The position numbers were made by a program, and so were the translations under genes. From the NCBI GenBank assembly GCA_963666365.2, contig CAXXNF010000001.1, positions 1,440,001 to 1,504,000 on the forward strand: 64,000 nucleotides of DNA, read 5' to 3'. The notes beneath the pieces were generated by a model. The model saw only the letters and a program-made list of their open reading frames with translations, searched no databases and was not told the DNA's origin. The DNA comes from Syntrophales bacterium (GTDB taxonomy: Bacteria; Desulfobacterota; Syntrophia; Syntrophales; UBA2210). Below, one piece after another: positions 58,331 to 64,000 of the stretch (its first letter is position 1; every line of letters starts with the position of its first letter).

Positions 58331-59848
58331 TTAACTTTTTCCTTCGAACGATACGAAATTCAGACCAGAATCCGCGTCGAAGCGCACGGTTCCATTTCGC
58401 CCTACCAGTTCGACCTGTTCCATGCGCAGTAAATCTTCGGCGGGCGCATCGATGTGGGCGAGGGTGCGGCGGCCGTTTTCCAGCCGTCCGACAACAGTGC
58501 CACGGTCGGGGCGGTTCGCTTTGTCATGGCGAATGACATAGGCCTCTACGGTGAGCATTCCAAGGGCCTTTTCGACCGGTTCGGGGAGGGCCGTTTCGTC
58601 GACGGCCCTCTGCTGGGCACTGTTATCAAGATCATTCCACCAGGGTCGCGTGGGCGGCTCTCCACCATAGATGCCGACGGCCTGCTTCGTCAGGTACCAC
58701 CCGTTTGCGGTGATCATGGCCTTAAGGCGCCGTTGCGCGCGAATGCGCTCCACCGCGGAGGCGATGGCGTGCATGGTGTAGTTGTTGCCCGGTCCGCCGA
58801 AATAGGAAAGTCCTCCGGTGACCGAGAGGTCCCGACTGTCTTCTTCGGGAATGCCTATTTCGACCCGGGCGATTTCCACGACGACGGGGAAACAGCTGTA
58901 AAGGTCGAAGAGGCCGATATCGTCAAGCGACAGATCCGCCTGTTCGAGGCACCGGCGGGCGCAGATGCCAATTGCCGGCGATCGATGGAGCTGAGGCCGC
59001 CGTGAGACGTACCAGACATCATTCAGGCCGTATCCTGCCAGGGGATAGACCCAGCGCGCGGGATCGATCTGAAGCTTCCGGGCTGTTTCCACTGTGGTCA
59101 TGATCAGGGCGGCCGACTGGTCCACATCGATATTGGCGTTCATCCTTTTGGTATAGGGATATCCGATATAGCGGTTCTCGGCGCTTGTGAAGGCGATGTC
59201 GGAAGCCGAATAGGCCTTTGCATACCAGGCATAGGGATTGGACGCAGCAATTTCCGAGAGGCGGGTGCAGAGCTGACCCATATATCGCTGATGCTCTTCA
59301 GGGGTGTAACCCTGCCGGGCCCTGAAGGCCGTTTCGAAGAGCGGATACATATAGGAGGGAAGGAACAGGTCGTATCGTCCTTCCAGATCGTTGAGGCCGG
59401 ACCGGTTGTCCCCCTCGATGTGCTCCGGCGGTTCCGCCTCGGGCCATTGCAGTACAACCTCTCCTTTGAGGGCCCGTCGAAGCGCATAAAAGGCCTCAGC
59501 CCCGGTCATCAGCACCGCCCTGCTCTCGCCTGACGCGAGAGACCGGGCCGCCTTTGCCACCAGCATCTGCGGCGTATTGCCGCCGACGGCGGTGTAGTAA
59601 TTCTTGCGACAATTAAGGGCAAGTCGCTGCGCCAGCATCCCCGGCGCGTCGCGGTACGACCATTGGAACAACTGGATCACATGCAGTTCGTCTATCAACG
59701 CGCCTATGCCTGCATTCCCCGTATCGGCCAGGGCCTTCCGGCCCGCCCGTTCCATAAGTCCCAGAGGATCAAGAGGCGCTTCAGCGTCTTTTGCCTGCCG
59801 ATACTGTGCGGCCCCTACTATCACGGGTATCCGTTCAGGATTCATCAT
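58331..59848 (-). CDS. Thiolase-like (acetyl-CoA acetyltransferase family, TLP1-type) protein
   Basis: PVIVG, GGNTPQ, YPYTKRMNA, VDQSAA, DLYSCFP, TGGLSYFGGPGNNY. Confidence 0.85.
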   Translation of the reverse strand: MMNPERIPVIVGAAQYRQAKDAEAPLDPLGLMERAGRKALADTGNAGIGALIDELHVIQLFQWSYRDAPGMLAQRLALNCRKNYYTAVGGNTPQMLVAKAARSLASGESRAVLMTGAEAFYALRRALKGEVVLQWPEAEPPEHIEGDNRSGLNDLEGRYDLFLPSYMYPLFETAFRARQGYTPEEHQRYMGQLCTRLSEIAASNPYAWYAKAYSASDIAFTSAENRYIGYPYTKRMNANIDVDQSAALIMTTVETARKLQIDPARWVYPLAGYGLNDVWYVSRRPQLHRSPAIGICARRCLEQADLSLDDIGLFDLYSCFPVVVEIARVEIGIPEEDSRDLSVTGGLSYFGGPGNNYTMHAIASAVERIRAQRRLKAMITANGWYLTKQAVGIYGGEPPTRPWWNDLDNSAQQRAVDETALPEPVEKALGMLTVEAYVIRHDKANRPDRGTVVGRLENGRRTLAHIDAPAEDLLRMEQVELVGRNGTVRFDADSGLNFVSFEGKS

Positions 59849-61626
59849 CAGTTGCGTTGGTCTCCTTTTCTTGCTTCCCGGACCAGAGAACGGTTGATAA
59901 CGGCCTTGTTGTAGGCCGAAAAAATATCTCTTCTGGAGAGAATGCCGATGATCTTGCGAGGATTGGCGTCGTCGACCACGGGAAGCTGTTCTATGTTTTT
60001 GAATCCGATTTTTTCAAGGGCCTTGTCCAGACTTTCGTTCTGCCTGATCGTGACGACGCCTGCCGTGGCAATGTCCTTGACGATGATCAGATTGTCCAAT
60101 TCTTTTTCCATCATGATTTCCTTGAAATCCTGAAAACTGATGATGCCGCTTAAAAGGCCCTTTTCATCAACGACGGGAAAGCTGGCGTGCTTGCTCGAAA
60201 GCGTTGAATCCATTAGTTTATTCAGATGCATCTGCTCCGAGACGACCTCTACCTCTTTCGTCATGGCGTCTTTGACGCGGATGGACTTCATGATGTTGAC
60301 CTCCCGTCCCGCCCGTATATCCGTGCCACGACGGATCAGTTTAAGGGTGTAAATCGATTCCCGTTTTATGTGACTCGCGACGATTGTGCCGATGATGCAG
60401 GAAAGCATAAGCGGCAGAATAATCTTGTAGTCGCCGGTCATTTCGAAAAGTATGAAAATCGCGCCCAGAGGACCATGGGTGGTGGCCGATACAAGGGCGC
60501 CCATGCCGACCAGGCTGTAGGCGCCCGACGATGCGGTGATGTTGGGGAAGAGAGCGTGTATGGCGCACCCGAAGGCGCCTCCCGTCACGGCGCCGATAAA
60601 GAGCGAGGGTGCAAAAATTCCACCGGAGCCCCCCGATCCGATGGTAAGTGATGTGGCGACTATTTTCAGAAAAATGAGAGCAAGCAGGACATACCAGGCG
60701 AGCTTTTCAATCAGGGCAAGACCGATGGCATCGTACCCGACGCCGAAAATATGAGGGAAGAACATGCCGATTGTGCCGACCAGTATCCCACCGATGGCGG
60801 CCTTGGTATAATCGGGAATTTTGATGGATGAAAACATGTCTTCGGTGCGGTACAGCAGCGTGGTGAATATGACGCCGGCAAGGCCGCTGACCACCCCCAG
60901 AAGGATATAAAACGGTATCTCCCAATAACTCACGAGGCTGTAGTGGGGGACGAGAAAGGCAGGATAATTGCCCAGGTAGGCGCGGGAGACCGCCGTCGCA
61001 ATAACCGAGGAGACCACGATAGGGCTGAAGGTGGCGATGCCGAATTCTCCCAGAATGATTTCCATGGCGAACATGACTCCGGCGATGGGGGCATTGAAGG
61101 TTGCTGCAATGCCCGCAGCCGCGCCGCAGCCGACAAGGGTGCGCATCCTGTCCGCCGATACATTCATAAGCTGGCCGAAGGCGGAACCGATGGCCGCGCC
61201 GATCTGCACGATGGGTCCTTCCCGTCCCACCGAGCCTCCCGATCCAATGGAGATCGCCGACACAAGAGACTTGATGAGAACCACCCGCTTTCTGATGATG
61301 CCCCCCTTGAGGGCGACGGCCTCCATAACCTCGGGAACGCCGTGGCCTTTGGCCTCACGGGCAAAGAAGTACACAATGGGACCCACCAGCACTCCGCCGA
61401 TGATCGGTGGAATGAGTTTTTTATACCAGGGAAGATTGATTAAAAGAGAAAGGGAGTTGTCCGATCCCATTCCAAAAAAGAGCACATTGAAGAAATGAAT
61501 CAACCATCTGAATCCCACCGCACCGTATCCGGCCAGAAGCCCCACAATTGTGGCCATGGCGATCATCACCGCGAATTCATTTTTCTTAATGTCCCGGAAC
61601 ATCGTGCCGAGAGGCGCAATTTTCAT
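59848..61626 (-). CDS. ClC-family chloride channel/transporter with CBS pair
   Basis: GHGVPE, GSVGREGP, FNAPIAG, GGIFAPSL, two CBS domains. Confidence 0.93.
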   Translation of the reverse strand: MKIAPLGTMFRDIKKNEFAVMIAMATIVGLLAGYGAVGFRWLIHFFNVLFFGMGSDNSLSLLINLPWYKKLIPPIIGGVLVGPIVYFFAREAKGHGVPEVMEAVALKGGIIRKRVVLIKSLVSAISIGSGGSVGREGPIVQIGAAIGSAFGQLMNVSADRMRTLVGCGAAAGIAATFNAPIAGVMFAMEIILGEFGIATFSPIVVSSVIATAVSRAYLGNYPAFLVPHYSLVSYWEIPFYILLGVVSGLAGVIFTTLLYRTEDMFSSIKIPDYTKAAIGGILVGTIGMFFPHIFGVGYDAIGLALIEKLAWYVLLALIFLKIVATSLTIGSGGSGGIFAPSLFIGAVTGGAFGCAIHALFPNITASSGAYSLVGMGALVSATTHGPLGAIFILFEMTGDYKIILPLMLSCIIGTIVASHIKRESIYTLKLIRRGTDIRAGREVNIMKSIRVKDAMTKEVEVVSEQMHLNKLMDSTLSSKHASFPVVDEKGLLSGIISFQDFKEIMMEKELDNLIIVKDIATAGVVTIRQNESLDKALEKIGFKNIEQLPVVDDANPRKIIGILSRRDIFSAYNKAVINRSLVREARKGDQRN

Positions 61627-61764
61627 CAGATCAGCCGTTTCCGAATTGTTGATACTGCGGAAATAAAAAGTCCTTTTTACATAAGCCTTACCTTTCCATT
61701 TTGCAACTGCAAAATATTTCCCGGTATACCCCGGGAATTCATTGTGATATGAAAGTGGCAAAAG

Positions 61765-62116
61765 CAGGAAGAGTGAAAAAAGTAGGAAAAGTAAGAAAAG
61801 TAGAAAGAGTGGAAAATACCGCGCAGGGGCGCGGACAACGCAGGGGATTTATGATATAAAAAGGCTTTCTCTGCGGACTCAGCGCCTCTGCGGGAGACAA
61901 AAAAAAGAAAAGCATCTCGCGCAGAGACGCCGAGGCGCAGAGGAAGAGAGAAAGGAAAAATATACAATAGGTTTTCTCAGCGGTCCCTGCGCCACTGCGG
62001 GAGATAAATAGGTAAAATCAAGAAAAACACATTCGCGCAGTGATGTAAGAGAAAAGAACGATCATAACGTTCTAAACGATACTAACGCTATTAACGCTCT
62101 CAACGATCAAAACGAT
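61765..62116 (-). repeat. Mosaic hairpin array G plus AACGATC-type nonamer run
   Basis: Reverse complement of the A/E modules (aagtaggaa run, cgcagagacgccgaggcgcagag), then aacgatcat aacgttcta aacgatact aacgctatt. Confidence 0.9.
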
Positions 62117-62120
62117 TTAT

Positions 62121-62151
62121 CCCGTGAAATGCGAAGCCTATTTCACCGGGG
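62121..62151 (+). repeat. REP-like palindrome copy 5
   Basis: cccgtgaaatgcgaagcctatttcaccgggg followed by ccaaacaga nonamers. Confidence 0.9.
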
Positions 62152-62174
62152 CCAAACAGACCAAACAGACCAAA

Positions 62175-62792
62175 ATGACCATGAAAATAACATCCGCTGA
62201 ATTTATAAAGAGTGCCGTCAAAGCCGCTCACTATGCTGAAGGGCCTTTTCCTGACGTGGCCTTTGCGGGACGGTCGAACGTGGGAAAATCCTCCCTCATC
62301 AATGCGCTGCTGGAAAGGAAGCGTCTTGCCCGTACCAGCAGTACGCCGGGACGCACGCAGCAGATCAACTTTTTTCTCGTGAACGGGAGTTTCTATTTTG
62401 TTGATCTCCCCGGATACGGTTTTGCCAAGGTTCCCCTTGCCGTCAAAAAGCAGTGGGGACCCATGGTCAACGACTATCTGCGGACACGAGCGAATCTCAG
62501 GATGGTGGTGATGATACTCGATGCGAGAAGAGACCCTTCGCCCGAGGATATTACCCTGAAAGAATGGCTTGAACATTACGGTATTCCCGTGGCCTATGTG
62601 GTGACAAAAATCGACAAGCTGTCAAAGAGCGCCGGCGCCGTGCGCTACAAAAAAATAGGCGCCTCTCTGAATGGGTCGTCCGAGGTTCCCCTGTTCCCCT
62701 TTTCGGCCAAAACAGGGCAGGGAAAAGAGTCCCTCTGGAGGGCGATATCCTCCGCGCTGGGGGAAGGTAGCGGGGACGCAGTCGGGCGCTAA
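62175..62792 (+). CDS. engB: Ribosome biogenesis GTP-binding protein YihA/YsxC
   Basis: GRSNVGKSS, TPGRTQ, DLPGYG, TKID, FSA. Confidence 0.95.
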   Translation: MTMKITSAEFIKSAVKAAHYAEGPFPDVAFAGRSNVGKSSLINALLERKRLARTSSTPGRTQQINFFLVNGSFYFVDLPGYGFAKVPLAVKKQWGPMVNDYLRTRANLRMVVMILDARRDPSPEDITLKEWLEHYGIPVAYVVTKIDKLSKSAGAVRYKKIGASLNGSSEVPLFPFSAKTGQGKESLWRAISSALGEGSGDAVGR

Positions 62793-62954
62793 GGGATTGG
62801 CTAAGTACTTAGTCCATATCCTGATATTTGGAAATATGGCTTGACATAAATTTGAAATTTTGTTAGCGACTTCACGGTTGATGATTTTAAAAACTCTCCG
62901 TTGAGAGTACTCATAGAATGTTCCTTAGAAAATACGCACGAGGTGTAAAGGCAA

Positions 62955-64000
62955 GTGTTAAAAGATAGCGAAAAAATCGGCGCCGTAATGGTAGTGGGTT
63001 CGGGAATCGCGGGCATACAAGCCTCTCTTGACCTCGCAAACTCCGGTATGAAGGTGTATCTGGTCGAAAACGACATCAGCATCGGCGGTGTCATGGCCCA
63101 GCTTGACAAAACCTTCCCCACAAACGACTGCTCTGCCTGCATCCTTTCACCAAAACTCGTGGAGGTGGGGCGACATCCCAATGTAGAGATAATGACGCAA
63201 CGAACGGTAGACGCCGTCGAGGGGGAACCGGGGAAATTCACTGTGTCGCTGACCAGGGCGCCCCGGTACATCGATCTCGACAAGTGTACCGGCTGCGGCG
63301 ACTGCGCCAAGGTATGCCCCGTGACGGTTCCCAACCGCTTTAATGAGGGGCTTGACGAGCGCAAGGCCACCTACCGCAAATTCCCTCAGGCGATTCCCAG
63401 CGGATTTGCCATCGATAAAATTGGCACCGCTCCCTGCAAGGCGGCCTGCCCCACGCACATAAGCGTGCAGGGCTATGTGGCGCTCATTGCCGACGGGAAA
63501 TACAAGGAAGCCCTCAAACTGATCAAACAGGAAAACCCCTTCCCGTCGGTCTGTGGAAGGGTCTGCAACCATCCCTGCGAGAGCGCCTGCAAGCGCGCCG
63601 AAGTGGATGATCCGATCGCCATCATGTACCTGAAACGGTTTGTGGCCGACCTCGATCTGAACGATGAGACGAAATTTGTTCCGGAGATAAAAGAAGACAA
63701 GGGAAAGAAAGTCGCCATCGTCGGCGCCGGTCCCGCCGGTCTGACTGCGGCCTACTACCTGGCCATCGAAGGCTATAAGGTCGCTGTCTTTGAGGCCCTT
63801 CCCGTAGCCGGGGGCATGCTCACGGTGGGTATTCCCGAGTATCGTCTTCCCAAGGACGTATTGAACGCCGAAATAAAGACCATGGAAGAGATGGGCGTCG
63901 AAATCAGGCTGAATACAAAAATAGGGACGGACATTACCCTTGAGCAGCTCAGAAGCGACTACGATGCGCTCTTTATCGGCGTGGGCTCGCACGTAAGCAG
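62955..64000 (+). CDS. HdrA/HdrL-type flavo-Fe-S protein (heterodisulfide reductase A-like with NAD(P)H-binding module), partial
   Basis: Not in the ORF track; manual translation from GTG 62955: VMVVGSGIAG, LDKTFPTNDCSACIL, CTGCGDCAKVCP, APCKAACP, CGRVCNHPCE, VAIVGAGPAG. Confidence 0.9.
   Translation, partial: MLKDSEKIGAVMVVGSGIAGIQASLDLANSGMKVYLVENDISIGGVMAQLDKTFPTNDCSACILSPKLVEVGRHPNVEIMTQRTVDAVEGEPGKFTVSLTRAPRYIDLDKCTGCGDCAKVCPVTVPNRFNEGLDERKATYRKFPQAIPSGFAIDKIGTAPCKAACPTHISVQGYVALIADGKYKEALKLIKQENPFPSVCGRVCNHPCESACKRAEVDDPIAIMYLKRFVADLDLNDETKFVPEIKEDKGKKVAIVGAGPAGLTAAYYLAIEGYKVAVFEALPVAGGMLTVGIPEYRLPKDVLNAEIKTMEEMGVEIRLNTKIGTDITLEQLRSDYDALFIGVGSHVS

Noticed and set aside
61627..61765. 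Fluoride riboswitch upstream of the ClC gene
   Set aside because: No GGCGATGG...CGCC core seen, and the protein has GHGVP/GREGP rather than fluoride-type signature motifs
62801..63992. Minus-strand ORFs 62801-63370 and 63147-63992, and other long antisense ORFs such as 14941-16125, 35224-36330 and 48988-50076
   Set aside because: Shadow frames of well-supported genes on the opposite strand

Overview
A 64-kb chromosomal segment, probably from an anaerobic Desulfobacterota/Syntrophales-like bacterium (inferred from gene content, sigma-54 promoters and an HdrL-type gene). In order it holds: (1) a membrane glycosylation cluster (GT2, GT-C-like protein with TPRs, UPF0104 protein); (2) a LIV-type ABC transporter + LutABC + LarA-family racemase + split UxaA/SuyAB-type lyase operon; (3) a PAS-GAF-PAS sigma-54 activator with a nearby sigma-54 promoter, twin palindromic sites, a receiver protein and an MCP; (4) ddh and radC; (5) a large cobamide uptake/salvage operon with two cobalamin riboswitches, btuC/D/B, cobO, an unexpected glutaminase-less asparagine-synthase-like gene, a DUF71-like remnant, cobU/T/S, btuF and exbB/exbD/tonB; (6) pyrE, two tandem nitronate-monooxygenase/FabK-like paralogues, nfi, ribF and tRNA-Leu(CAG); (7) lipid-metabolism genes and the zapB-zapA-6S RNA-rny-ymdB-tyrS block; (8) dusB, a ferritin-like gene, a thiolase-like gene, a ClC channel, engB and the start of an HdrA/HdrL gene. 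The most striking non-coding signal is a dense set of intergenic mosaic repeats: modular CGCAG/CTGCG hairpin arrays at seven loci, a 31-32 bp palindrome in five copies and several 7-/9-mer microsatellite families, often nested. No transposase, integrase or CRISPR array is visible. All family assignments come from motif recognition, not database searches.
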